Positions 44,001-45,810 of a stretch of 64,000 nucleotides of DNA are shown piece after piece. A program made the position numbers and the translations under genes. The notes beneath the pieces were generated by a model. That model searched no databases. It was not told the origin of the DNA and was given only the letters and a program-made list of their open reading frames with translations. The DNA comes from a virus (Duplodnaviria > Caudoviricetes). The DNA lies in IMG/VR virus record IMGVR_UViG_3300021958_000045, positions 1 to 64,000 of that record, one strand, 5' to 3'. How positions within the stretch are numbered: the first letter of the stretch is position 1; each line of letters begins with the position of its first letter.

Positions 44001-45775
44001 GAAGCAGATTTAGAAGCTCCCCCAACTCTACGATTTATGTCTCTTTGTTCTGCAGCAAAAGAAGGAATAAATTTTGAATCAGTATTTGCAGGAACATAAC
44101 CTTTTGACATGCCAAGATCTTTGCGTCCCGCTGCAGCTCTAGGACCTCGGCCATAAGGAACTACAGTGCCTTGATTACTTACTGCAACGTTGGCTAACGT
44201 AGACGACGAAGCGATTTTTTTTAAGAGCGCATCTTGCGCTATTCGTTCGGTCGTTTGTTTTTTTAAGACGCTGAGTATTGCCTGCTCTTTTGCCACTTGG
44301 CTTGTAGAGTCGCTTAGAATTTTCTGTCGAACCCCCTCTTCGCTCATTAAAATTTGAAGAATTGCAGCTTGCAAACCCTCTTGACGTTTAGTTTCACTGT
44401 TGATTGAAAAGATTGACTTCAATGCGCTCGCACCTTGTTGAGCGACGAATGCAAATAATTTAATAAATGCCCCACCAATTAAAACCATGCCAGGACCACT
44501 GATGAAACTACCAATACCTTTTAATAAAGTCTTGCCAATATTAGTGCCACTATCTTCTCCTACTAAATTATTTATTCCGTCAGCCAGAGTCTTAACTGTT
44601 TCTAATACTTTTTCAATGCCAGGACCCAAAGTCATTTCTCCAAAATTGGCAGCCAACTCTTTTATAGATAATCCTGTTTGACTAAGTAGAGCAGACATAG
44701 TTTTATTCAACTCTTCATTTCTTTGGGTGGCTTCATTAGTACTATTGTTTGCAGTTTTAAGAGCTTGATCGTATATACTAAATTCGCTATTTAAGTCTTT
44801 AATTAAAGCTTTAAGGTTATTAACCTGAAACACTCCAGCAATTAATTCATCAGTTGCGGCTTTTTGAGCATCGCTTAAAGTATCGTAACCTTTTGCATAA
44901 TCTTGAAGCACTGCCATGCCAGAACGAAATGCCCCAGTTGCATCTTGCGTTGCAACACCGATTTCTTCTAAAGCTTCTCTTACGCTAGATCTCTGCAATC
45001 TTGTAAATATACTTTTAAATGAGTTTCCTATTACTGCTCCACCTCTAGCTGTTTGCTGTTGAACACTAGTAACAGCAGCAAGAAGTTCATTAAATTGCAC
45101 TTTTGCAGATTGTGCAGTTGCTCCAGCTCTTGCTAAACCATCTGCTAAATCTTTAGAAGATACTGCAAAGGCTGCATCAACATTAGCCAATCTATTGACA
45201 ATATCTGAAGAATTTATAGCTGCATCATTAAAACCATTTATGGCTGCCGTAAGAGCATTTACAGCCTCCACAGAATCCATGCCAGACAATCTTGTTAACG
45301 TCATTGCATCAGCAATACGCTGAAGGGTTTCGTCAGCACTTAAACCTTGTCTAGCAAACTCTGTTGCGGCAGCGGCTATATCTTGAAAAGATGATGCAGT
45401 ATCTCTTGCAACATCAAATAAAGCTCCTCCAAAATTTTGTAAAGCAGACTCAGACATATTCATAATAACATTAACGTCTTTTAATGCTTTTTGAACTTCT
45501 ATGGCTGATTGAGCCATTGCTTTTAATGCATCAGAAACTCCATTAATAACGGAAACTGCAGCACCAAACGCAAATACACGAGCGACAGCAGCGTCCATGG
45601 ATTTTTCAAATTCTCCCATTTGGCCAGTAATTCTACCAAGAGGCTGGACGAGTCCTTTTTCATTCAATTGCAATTTAATGGGCTGAATTTTCTTTTCGCC
45701 CATTTTGGCTTGATTAGCAATATCTTGATCAAGACCTACTGCTTTAACTCTTACTCTAATATTTTCTTGTGCCAT
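14087..45775 (-). CDS. Giant tail tape measure protein (10,562 aa) with embedded enzyme domains
   Basis: Single uninterrupted 31.7-kb ORF located after the tail tube and chaperone-position genes. The N-terminal Ala-rich region (AATEFARQG...LTRLSGMD...LANVDAAFAVSSKDLADGLARAG...GNSFKSIF) is typical of TP901-family TMP cores. Confidence 0.9.
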   Translation of the reverse strand: MAQENIRVRVKAVGLDQDIANQAKMGEKKIQPIKLQLNEKGLVQPLGRITGQMGEFEKSMDAAVARVFAFGAAVSVINGVSDALKAMAQSAIEVQKALKDVNVIMNMSESALQNFGGALFDVARDTASSFQDIAAAATEFARQGLSADETLQRIADAMTLTRLSGMDSVEAVNALTAAINGFNDAAINSSDIVNRLANVDAAFAVSSKDLADGLARAGATAQSAKVQFNELLAAVTSVQQQTARGGAVIGNSFKSIFTRLQRSSVREALEEIGVATQDATGAFRSGMAVLQDYAKGYDTLSDAQKAATDELIAGVFQVNNLKALIKDLNSEFSIYDQALKTANNSTNEATQRNEELNKTMSALLSQTGLSIKELAANFGEMTLGPGIEKVLETVKTLADGINNLVGEDSGTNIGKTLLKGIGSFISGPGMVLIGGAFIKLFAFVAQQGASALKSIFSINSETKRQEGLQAAILQILMSEEGVRQKILSDSTSQVAKEQAILSVLKKQTTERIAQDALLKKIASSSTLANVAVSNQGTVVPYGRGPRAAAGRKDLGMSKGYVPANTDSKFIPSFAAEQRDINRRVGGASKSASPVLIKNFQKTKTQKQDIVANTDEVIVENFMGSGASAILNQDMMQRFNYDNGIEKFYSAADYGTKSFYSTGYVPNFKATNNQVIKLNAAGQGIITAEAGKSETGKNQTVAASSVFDGAVPPAFKGTKFEARNFTIGRLAQSQGSSFHSIVDKHMTSAIGDVARDIMPRGKVKGSGPLSDYLDKSAGPQFTGRVFEATLNYIKNSVVKNDPGTAGWDFPGPEFQKNLTTAFNLDSRKGKNVDAKVSSSKKNIGSGIKKIIDSRGGYQKLKQYKDFEKQKKAAAGTVAGRGKAIAAGGKKRAAQGIIPDAAKSIPNFVSTWGKPELLKKIREKNLARAQKDIKGFDGMKTTNEWNGQLPIIQVTDKKTGTTTRFTYGKGEYDYENKTDILYSERAKGADVNDPSMKGGANRNFDKIAGFTGKRRWKNKEIHSTFDQIRASSGKTPWETIINAFPQLKQRIKPGMSTSGTFQIGNDEIEFKNIKSLKTKVSKWVKENGIESFNSWSEANLGFNTKNSILSGTASGEYFAMDAYTKILKKGDKNFNRDEKAGFYSEGVVPNFIKPVDMQSDRPRLLKMWQGKLEQAKQLSQSGKPRAEIDPKISQLNGEANQIWQRIVGLQEKQKKQISSKSAKKYSEGVVPNYASYLNSQEAVPNFIKPVDMQSDRSRLLKMWQGKLGQAKQLSQSGRPRAEIDPKISQLNGEANQIWQKIVKLQESQKKQAPGKSLKKYSEGAVPNFTKDAGTLERTVSKLSEGLVPNFALKRNAGFRKFYDFDETLGTYSKNVKSKDLFQAESAGLAKPTPLAKELQGQAVTVLTARAKQSVPFIEEKLKKWGINPEKIMTTADMFNNIKIASDGSGKIIKAKGGRVPGYRNLKPAEKKAILLERIWKKQGGKYDLIDDAIENIEAIRNLRNENITGTHYQFSGQHSGRGSGNAEGLVPNFAQPENTQRDLVPNFAAETMPVPRYLEKVSKEIQAAGGSAQIVGGAPRDFLMGKFPKDWDVEVFGLEQEKLQKILSPSLTKEGLVGKDFGVFKAKSGGQDFEFSMPRREKKVGAGHRGFEVEVDPNMGRKEAAQRRDLTINSISYDPLTKKFIDPLGGRQDLQDGIMKPTSPRFKEDPLRVLRSMQMAGRFNLSADKELINYSREMVGQFKDLPKERVREEWMKWASKSTNPEKGLQFLKESGWIKHFPEIDKLQGVPQSPKHHPEGDVFNHTKLVTNAMANNKNWQMLPEKERSKLMFSALTHDFGKVTNTQINKDGSITSYGHEKAGVAPMKSFLGRIMSQGEASKLSKDLTPFVERHMFHSNFPQNLTQKSINRLTKDVGDLSKFQILLESDMGKNLSDDVTARKFTQVDEKNISRMSSIAKESGIYKEPPKPIVQGRDLIQEKLVEPGPQMGSVLKHLEEAQISGEFKTKKEGIEYFKKHREDILKRINKFTPRGKMLRRRASGEVPQLENYSQGLIPNFARIPSMFNIKQTKSGKEYVMEKDLELAKMQFPDAKFKQWGKNPKMHFISGHKPQNKLTKDKISFDSDVKLQEFAQFAAQKGYPEIMGAVVKSTQVAQNSSGNRNYDRLTSWKNKREEVPSQVNIKDVQSLKAEDYQSFPMGKTGADLKRLYNPDSFDNVSKTIFTSTDTQKALAKSAEKFTTKNVDSAEDILKFVKKARGSESISEEQISKLYQEFAEMKGLAIMSDGHIPNFASPAFNKFIKDNIHNKNYKSISDKVTKLNLSVGNAYGVGSNIPQDVKILNRLTSQLSKVTNPLMGPTGKGSRDIVYESKEFAQKFNKTEYDKIQKEITTLQKEKFQLSRPSNPGKNPDKVKQIESEIFKKQEQLKSTEFNKAKSEAIRKEDQDIQRLFQEKFTVQKDKIISPTGKTVSTQDLNSLEEEFNEYMFAKQQKRTNTNEELVLPNFSVTAPETVPNFVNIKAIRELAKRGATNGERSAAQNMLAKHGFKSKTITSRSWHDKLFLENYIKNKGPKSDLEMLIKKGYSEKELISLRKQYENDPQSVKIASHGIVPNFTRQKDRVRDSDYQTQLYKENFKDSSRSEDVNSFTSVDESSTSSKTFAEGMVSKSVSSSSSSADSKSFAGGTISDVTSQETETLATGFIPNFSIESDRMKEAGQASQLYGQNVGYKDTQVKKLEINGKKERVVVNNKEKFYSTGADVQKAFSLPFKPSGGMVLPPSHTKVGKERAREFQTLIKSYASGITPMAEPSPPQLAYGAVPNFSIFRKYSPNTLRKSKIKDYSNEEFAEISRALSEFNLMSMGARGGVINTRLKSESRADGLFRAKTEAQKEDFRQFFNSREFRSLNKYIQEKLKVDFPDLSRGYGYNVDPFEIRQLENVSAGTVPNYANLTLYRGQKNPTLDRPNIGKNMPSFKGAQTPQDVINIIQNFVKSHVSGPLSGRRDIGELDNVAPSGATSFSTSETIAKEFAGGGLNKPAKDNILSTQVSEKNVFNKKKILKLLNRGANPKKGIYPEVEKFKQAMASGQIQKWAEQVGGLFLNVSGRRNDPALMQFNKKEYGRKEYDFYGRSMQSIVPQSDIGWNQNKTSQISSREHEVMQIFNDGIIPNFAPAAGKAGRQKNKPYQDDPDNVIDLRPFTTYDYSLLFPQRGGGAPQSTVRGSGPYAKKYQSQFLVGWNSKGINPKIPKEADRIAKIGDLVERDVKTIVKAHSENFVRAFGEQEIRMQDSSIIDRVVQKHFNEGTLTAMAGNAFEAAANAAFSNIPVNAGGGDFDVRGPTDQLRKFFNWPSSHGSIGDFKANAQSGDIKASMADKILKELDYQGLLSGQVAKEKADFEKYDKQKAATNKQATMNRFRAMPSANALRGAAIKGKQTAQGQQAHEKIPGYMRSGEELENYYKSNQNFYSGIVPNFIINKNLSQEKIPKLVDRNVTQQSYALGKQSEKINLQTRDKNVESKIVQEQEKDLSKQDEFISLSQGLISQKIDNASDSKSVNSYNKSADTQSVIKRQDSSQAKEKKIESTINNSYISYGEKESSSNSSFAESIKSKQSDFINGFQSFSQGMVSKDVSTDSKSFSQGMVSKDVSTDSKSSSQGMVSKDVSTDSKSSSQGMVSKDNQQASSEVFSQGFSLESNKVSSNSTNQENRVFGREDNFSTLYRLRDNFQENESSTKENVLNRRKESIEKRKNKQVIQKYFQGYTPEKQKPSDREFKYLKNDNKEKDSKTEIIESIYSQGKEISKERLSNGYVPNFALNVNSASRGNDALGAAIKRESQAGIPMHKIRIGQSNRLKNESNPGGVGVYNTIDEPRGLGQGISRSISQGINPQKHGLVANGYVPHSTFSVPNFIGRFIPKMFKRGGSKAADAAIPTPTGGGMFGGGGGMMNTIFMGQMMFGGIEGQTGTAGGYAADAAGDALQIAAITSMITDKKKWVALAASVGALNGVLDQYSKSLKVQGDQIERNIQINGKAIESATQVVSAQSRLNSAIEGGDPENITKAIKSLQKQIESFPSGSSAIDDLRSALVTANGDVQKMSTALEKFSASALKVNQLGQLTIKAQAANENREGVLPFGFGPTQLPDFVPFFGGEKGELKDEARGEIRNIGMQSVQGLELAEEQVTSLSKKLSKINFEEFSAEDIRSTIKEFSSTLDEETRTLFDQIVDNIPDEGMVDFTVGIKEQLKLRKESIEAGKAVGKTSSALGNLKSTIVNLSTAVSRSISELNSNITKAFDIAEKQFNSELSIMTGMNYMTPNEARSAQEEFSVTRINAETAAGTEFEVSKFVNQLMKDTKMEDFEGEDGSVFSGKLADVLNKMYLKSSELEQGDGRFMADDIVSAIERIDFDERTQEEQELIDSVRQLNEKANQQIALLKLGNEIAAREDLLQARKNLESTQLDVTAREGEIMEQFAFGQSFEPETQLDLDVQARATQDMVGLMEGLFGKSPELNDMRQQANMQNAIGNVNRILMMLGVETETGFDAKADANIDMGDVVNSMKKALVEQDLPDGTQKMVSYMIKQLTAQQGALASTPSDRSELTRKTLQSTAEALNIDLEELGLDPRTMGFNDLTSIADQLGDNGVEIRLLSSIDEGIQTLSKTLQPEQGISAEEIVKAIRNIKVADTEKVEQRTKASKQQDEARQKIQNIAIDGANVNIGGSTKINTSGNITIHGGANSTEPPQPAPSRGGVPNFARNSSTRDRKKSPIRGLKESLNEDKLKESRGFEQFAGKTFTGGRALQVANYYPGAIDSIYREVEALEKKGITNALNNVQLTIPASSNSLANFQYQGAVVTNTVDEGNVTPRSYLNKIENVHDLSPRDSEFSMTGMIDNSSSQTQAISTVRRSSQNASANQIANNYSIANQKSSWKSARAQSSIGDTYNAGAALRVANYYPEAKETIQKEIKTLKDRGVKNPINEIQFTVPDQELSEIGPKSIIDSVITNRVDDGSVAESNYLTKIQNTHKTGLRIQKQKEFISPSAEQRAENLVKNEKILRNNLHQNIISKRKDSQKTKEQEVYSESVWGETTYAPKQTMAQKLAGKTFTGGAALRVAKYWPGASESISREITALENKGVMDPISNIQLTVPGGKSQYFSSYDGPVVTNKIDEGGVAPTNYINKIRGVHKLGPQEGAFASHGTLDEDVDDKTKFMRGYLERNPYVPNFAAPQKGARRIINTARALGEDMDIWDLEPESIKPSAVANWNSSGAALLKQVHGLQGNSQGGLSKLQRAFIEEMRKEENQQIFSKIGVENFDFDQAKFMDPEIGEPQIFRPMVIEYMGGNKDGQVVPVEEATKAKPRDFQSGKYIISQIDSTNPDIDELELFTGEENRAIRQAVANQDADSEETMRRQRAAKATQRAVERGGPKARSDAGPNVRATKTLGDSAPKVGTLTEAAKQNMKGLESHIIPKDLADDIRSQEAITARAAENATEQASKEIGKSAEGGFVRQAGTWLKRQLQTLRILTGRSTEQKQGINPVKEEEILSQIENEGVRTYSGDTPTNPLETNEDVKSILAEKVDGEVDTGADRVHKQKENYLQRERSVTEKIQRAIQANRIRKNRQKKQRQRQKELEQKARRTLEEQKAQQRQEEIERVRKIQEAEIDKGLGRTRTSMAIGEGSEFKDVLTYNNPELRELSSWDKIKKTALKFVGRYKGSEIEEVERQNNIVRTQQMQDLASGENIASEETTFSKLQKLSNERSVTTSTSATSESLFQRPASTPRNPWTTSVVSHRSQKSPVVEMAEELIEQRAMNISGSVSPIKDAPEESKKQSILRQVIGGSTSPEGVDGLFSLRAETIDPPLLERIRRAKSQLFPEHGNVSFRQAGIVPSKSPSTVLSDFDILASDGTLIGTMDSTGIIHPPTVETKPVIYDANGRAVGAQKVAGVQTAQAQLQLAPANTGELAVSASQADVLNQAQVSKISNKLKSGSDLSVEEMNVLQQWANNNPDLVNSIETGQENKTLLLENADVKSRASRLTDKQFEISKVTSAAKAENQIDELINNPEFVDRATRTMPGDPIHLQRMFDNIDSRKSVPLPPTETALDKVKTNSNINRRANELQKQLVLREIRQKAPLELQKRLRLPANFNEADLNKKFLSEKQRLQQLIDNPNIPSNKRGIIEEDLRILTRNKNEHLNALDPKLMERQDLFINRQFKELIADAGLSVFTGGGAEGVSKLDVTNQAMAKKLGPAAFDLDGDFVKLREEISKVLFLDPENTAGFDKNLAESLVDRELRVIGLDSQGKGFGLGDRMRENLINLDRFVGMGMGEDFLRQAKTQNLHKSDINVARLVSFMDLMDPAGNKLDGKAIENLKKGGIDKIFQKIQKGELFSQTAIRGKTVPMIPKDPEAVLNNLKNADLASQVNASRILENEGKLSSLAASKGNGIVNPASLELAAQELEAGRQPLSTSDVGEDGIDLTKTRMTAEELASLQSTMDSLDGDLDQKAPDQRLSTLSQSLDPENTIETSRNIIAEKQQQLINDRLVEKAEFDRLTSLGNAATQEDLQRMSELLQIDNLRVSQGRSSNFDRENVTRANNQLASFNQQSVRTASNEVGVKLTKREDSPVRSRRSEEAIEELDALEEAKADPVEQAAAVRETGAETEAKVREVASVDDNIVQQTIEEVEEVDDNWKKSKEEYLADPEKAATSERLLEKGKAHKRLIDYLVETKGWKNTMQAGKGIWNGVSSIVPIAGSAKDWTAEKWGTVRERISAWRAEQAKKHPEGIAKQMAEENHRAEQSRKAEAKLAMEMNIGSKPIAFDTSESLTQTFKQTEKFNRSQSGWTEYEDKVLDQLTGRMRVEQNGKDIITYDPKLSPYVGSKDIKEAHALRRSLNPKDHMMKRITAGENIKFLKAGEVMKKVNQGTTAVKGALLDKQISAPKSLTSSNVFQRRLIESETSGKHINVPEEFSKTITRKGNDYRALDLDKVAEGLRESTRVVDYQEPDGSIKTYSVDEFEKKRSEAFSNIQKRAELSSRSISETSTSELGDFKKESISEKIRMEQEKFMRGVLPGDIDGNPGRYTLTKEGSLLRAKEINRQANAVNLQRAGQAFDSAMNYGGGPLRGATVGTLLPAAGILAFQTETGMSVLDSAANMIGSEPKHFVLEKQVRNKDNVSVGTGNYLSTAGTDLIQQQKTLLNKKKQAGLLDAPEEASWHDKALTKIGLKQMAESKVEGDKNATELARKNIAAKIARRNLEGLAGGEEGIPGLSEYTMASQDNLEDARAQPMFFESREAATQYAHENNLSGYSAKGLGDNSEERAFLRSYGKGFAQGKVGEGNDLAESVGLSQFTGSEVAGVLSANLADAAIVGTRARMGTSTAAAMTKGAALKTAARRFAGVTAAEFFVARGEKARMDYSGMEGHLRAGGNYALGFGTGLAFESKNPLLGFAVGAPLGAAAYTARVGLGDYLNFDPDEINNTKYAMSSEELLERQKEIINLAKSKAESARQLLDKYYLGSFVNKGKRLGVDYSSKEAFHTFYDQAERDRYYQLAIEQGEIMRSAYRLAEQMDTRILANRDLYQAGTLQKNEKPNEKLVKHNYTADAVSKILSDTVTLFDPNLVTDLKEQTKMEKEGFTQKQILEKLNSKDFTSTKINEKGEEYVYQPNTEELVNLRQQKSRTYLKGLERVHDFNARQGLLRSSTDYAGASSLEETMEIGKMPEKEFLKEKISWDPDSNLGKIKDRRAQIFYKDGKKITDYDEWMKEMDRGSLDYGKLTYPYEMAQVLGIDTVDHRDTNRRIPMLKVQARIKEQFQNFRTTGRIEKKPAQAVDKILQGMGIASQGGDNSKETKINNFILGKQDDGWNVQYDEATKSTIMKHEKHGLVSFPGMGDVNNERSFERLYEKHMQDLTKSRYEEPMQSYYKAQKNFASGEQTPATRKAFEQSQAERVKNTRGISDADPSREYGRPGYGEENYNKSKFKTFEEFDEKIPKEQRIYLSAMSALLKRGEEAQYQSKDMQGQDVEYYEALADLQADEVMHAQFNKALIERNMGVQASKTQITEAGYSMQKGLGYGTQVDAINKDFESAEVGSANILKLGSLNPEDINGYVSRFQGGLESKREEDIKLRKRVSEREAEMSVIDKKLTSNISQKERDHLTAERGEIVKSLSETKLKRANLKPFLTAPDKVAQGMQLRKNSQTQFESTINRLSKQLGIDEEISLDRKVGSLYNHFSKNPLYTGKSNIEDSKKSAPGDVSKNVLEQKDRWMLREEAIQMMVARNRRLRLEKKKLEKASPGSQIIQQKTFNDDDEFELRRTMNIFADGRSSATKKSTSKQFQKDLDEWHSSRDTKSSYASIIRDQETYSELLKKKGLYLRTGEEDSIAGQAILEGKIGNQSYRGTYFRDLFDSVMTRGSNQGESFNGLLDQKKQAMQDWELVKGLPEMLPYTATMESAYRKGMGLDTKNDDLLGAIPYEEIQKSKQKLNNQLMTAGYSMNWWRDKDVSTRTEDWNKLLIENFRKPVKEDLLKSGGARLAGGIIDEADGTVRAQKDFANVLDEDGNIIQSADERAADALVQNIKKDFKLFDVNQDGIITPDEINLLDDRFDPAKFNPEEGIGYNESARKIAGTRRGTLTPEIFRALTTKFDGSGLGDGPDGGLSRAEIFQNDGSGNDKNKSIVQDRVRDFLKNKYVKQVSPYGESLKEGLNSYFYGGTEGGVRAVEIWKELAMLDKNSIPEASREDFSKAQSEAMKLIQNVGLHRSIISKGQKLDQRSQDRYGDLFKQKMDLQLSPEDIKNYRHLETELGSDKWKGKEHLPAYREMQETMNAYRERRDKVSFINNEFNQGSTKEGMLAGRAFSLPNFLINQGLINEGDSKAGEPWAPAAIGDDWQNYSDRYFRGISSVAQAMDSSTAEKVAKDLGINIKTGGQGGWAGEPDTIFETEKDPQDITNQITGYDEAALDRQFGAQFKEVDTARRLSEEKEFINKYSNQNAMSVMANEMGNLSSNASAKVAGITGRGGDDNTNLTNPFGKSKEIAASWRERETSIQEKHKEGLEKMVSNAKERKISRESFTDVRDPLKFIQQYSKDYNERKGFLWNKVDNAKGAYDQKVATGADAETKALALQRYKEAIQEELFHRQMAYPDSTMNDVLNRKNYLDIQNTDWKLGPAYQDWYDSYAGEKIMLKTGEGVDIPVSDKQDAAKKLLQARGDEMRAVMMQRGWMTEDGEYAKRIGDNAITPEKINELLVDTHPGNKYVYKAGEKIDRLQNIWSEKFGGKFTKGALSLFGNESAKFVLNATGAPGDLTDTSSASEQGGGFVVSRERRDAGLKAQQALQPEVVGRFNILDPNEKLMMAISKSAQNGFKGGGPEDFTSIYQGMSLSGRESFKRKYKEAIEQKVPPSIVSQLNNYISNVDKNDLYATAKGEGVPDYLKRKIDSRTPLTRGERDELREYKKREMVARRIVGEKRRSSGISRAAGQMMDRLGTSEPLARFISSAGSSAVLQYRFMNETDGNIKKLEDLDIQGQGATKINGSYIRTEKDRKRKLESLARKRIAHFNNFKKIISNHPEAKHNILFDSVNPRGFRANPEMASISENIIRRPVISELSDEEKKAALRLNIDVADKLVRTDSNGVPIIQEESRKTMSRLEGTGPFDVIAKTNKLEGLEETFDLDLVQQAAANASQDIRTMQKQADKVREQKSKISYDEAYDLNKDGRLSPEELSRKKMLEDFAKQNQAKASKAKVNNSALGFQPKKSKPFASSRTAASSPGKANLHQAYSEVKQSVLASYKKPVTADQVGIANLRTGTGRYEKRIVNAQEKIFSHGGVDFVAPPKNSSVSRKYAEDVQDEFGIDPYDKKIQNAAQGFVPNRGQSSRAEKNPIPGINKLNVNIDSLSKTLSKTKFDSPDVDLAEAWTKSDTGKQDGRQWEELSQSLRSMYTKNYEDNKMSKAWSQSSTGKKDGRDWMSLGDEEKQMYKQKFDDFQTKKLSSSESSRQSQISQASYMPDQSSDSKSNIALTGAVQGLTKGVADVKVGLSKASEVEVKASEIDEVGQPKMIQDTITSSDVSTLMEKVTSHFLNQQGQRFETGENDKSTGEVLNDSIEPVISAIEKIKESIKQQMIDKDKQATLEKEKESVQRGDERKQLASNDVLAKAWAESNTGKQDGREWNDLKQGERDMYSENYKENKMSEAWKKSFTGQQDGRNWSELGDNEKKMYSERYESNQKPVQSLENKELTEKLAKPAPLNKSEHDVIAAQQKAQLDQQKQTRGAELDLENFFNQGSPQAVISADAGESTRANPLAQAETDNPEMESLLNNLVTAFDAFITQLADVKFDTPAEPIIKETEVPDQIDVKPDLNADKQMFEENAKAKGHEISDLYSQSTNPFDVQSNVETAELNTVTPEAPPIENPGLINEVFNPPTPEVDSQSAGLNMQLPEGIEEALKIKMPDEMPNLTMDYSPLINAVDKLQEVISNASSMQLLPPEQESLTLMVPEGLQESLTLSMPDATETTVSVDASALNEAVASLQEAIASASGLTQTIETKIDTSGTLNINADTAGLRNAVEPALNQMQQQIMQSTQTFISSKIAQAMNEILKMLPTSS
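15230..16162 (-). repeat. Two pairs of ~32-aa AWxxSxTGxxDGRxWxxL...MY repeats near the TMP C-terminus
   Basis: Pairs at about 15955-16162 and 15230-15441, seen directly in the translation. Confidence 0.9.
16727..16762 (-). other. EF-hand-like Ca-binding loop within the TMP
   Basis: DLNKDGRLSPEE fits the 12-residue EF-hand consensus. Confidence 0.55.
20090..20125 (-). other. EF-hand-like Ca-binding loop within the TMP
   Basis: DVNQDGIITPDE fits the 12-residue EF-hand consensus and is preceded by FKLF. Confidence 0.55.
30285..31480 (-). repeat. Three dispersed copies of an ~85-aa module within the TMP
   Basis: ALxVAxYxPxAxxxIxxExxxLxxxG...TxP...VxTNxxD[ED]GxV...YxxKIxxxH at about 31200-31480, 30765-31020 and 30285-30550. 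Confidence 0.9.
34781..34953 (-). repeat. 48-nt tandem repeat, about 3.6 copies, encoding S[FS]SQGMVSKDVSTDSK
   Basis: Unit cttagagaccatgccttgagaggaacttttggaatcggtagacacatc starts at 34781, 34829, 34877 and 34925. Confidence 0.95.
35600..36290 (-). other. PD-(D/E)xK-like nuclease domain 2 within the TMP
   Basis: GNAFE (35861-35875), DFD (35801-35809) and DFK (35726-35734); same pattern as domain 1. Confidence 0.5.
36315..36950 (-). other. Mono-ADP-ribosyltransferase domain (R-S-E clade) within the TMP
   Basis: LYRG (36932-36943), TSFSTS (36734-36751) and EHE (ExE, 36332-36340), in the canonical order. Confidence 0.8.
39720..41128 (-). other. cca: Class II CCA-adding tRNA nucleotidyltransferase with HD phosphatase domain, within the TMP
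   Basis: VGGAPRD..DWDVE, VGKDFGVF, GAGHRGF loop, EAAQRRDLTIN, DPLGG, EDPLRVLR, ERVREE, followed by HD motifs HHPEGDVFNH...THDFGK...GHE. Same motif order as E. coli Cca. Confidence 0.93.
41240..41725 (-). other. HAD-superfamily phosphatase domain within the TMP
   Basis: All four HAD motifs in order: DFDETL (DxDxT, 41681-41695), VLTAR, a Lys motif (AEKKAIL), and LIDDAIEN (41308-41320). Confidence 0.85.
41826..42340 (-). repeat. In-frame direct duplication of an ~75-aa helical module (period 285 nt)
   Basis: PNFIKPVDMQSDR.RLLKMWQGKL.QAKQLSQSG.PRAEIDPKISQLNGEANQIWQ occurs twice; matching DNA anchors at 42329 and 42044. Confidence 0.95.
43200..43770 (-). other. PD-(D/E)xK-like nuclease domain 1 within the TMP
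   Basis: GRVFE (43418-43432), WDF (43352-43360) and VDAK (43274-43282) match the E...D...[DE]xK order of the restriction-endonuclease fold. Flanked by PNF motifs. Confidence 0.5.
44700..45600 (-). other. Core tape-measure (PhageMin_Tail/TP901-like) domain within the TMP
   Basis: Characteristic TMP core residues as above; boundaries approximate. Confidence 0.8.
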
Positions 45776-45788
45776 GTGAACTATTAAT

Positions 45789-45793
45789 TACAC
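45789..45793 (-). promoter_or_regulatory. GTGTA motif upstream of the TMP
   Basis: tacac on +; 13 nt before the ATG; one of a recurring set. Confidence 0.5.
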
Positions 45794-45810
45794 TAAAGTC
45801 GAGAATTTAT

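Noticed and set aside
14304-44681. Dozens of short ORFs (60-140 aa) antisense to, or out of frame within, the TMP gene
   Set aside because: Shadow ORFs of a long AT-rich coding strand. They have no recognisable motifs, and the TMP frame carries clear domains across the same bases.
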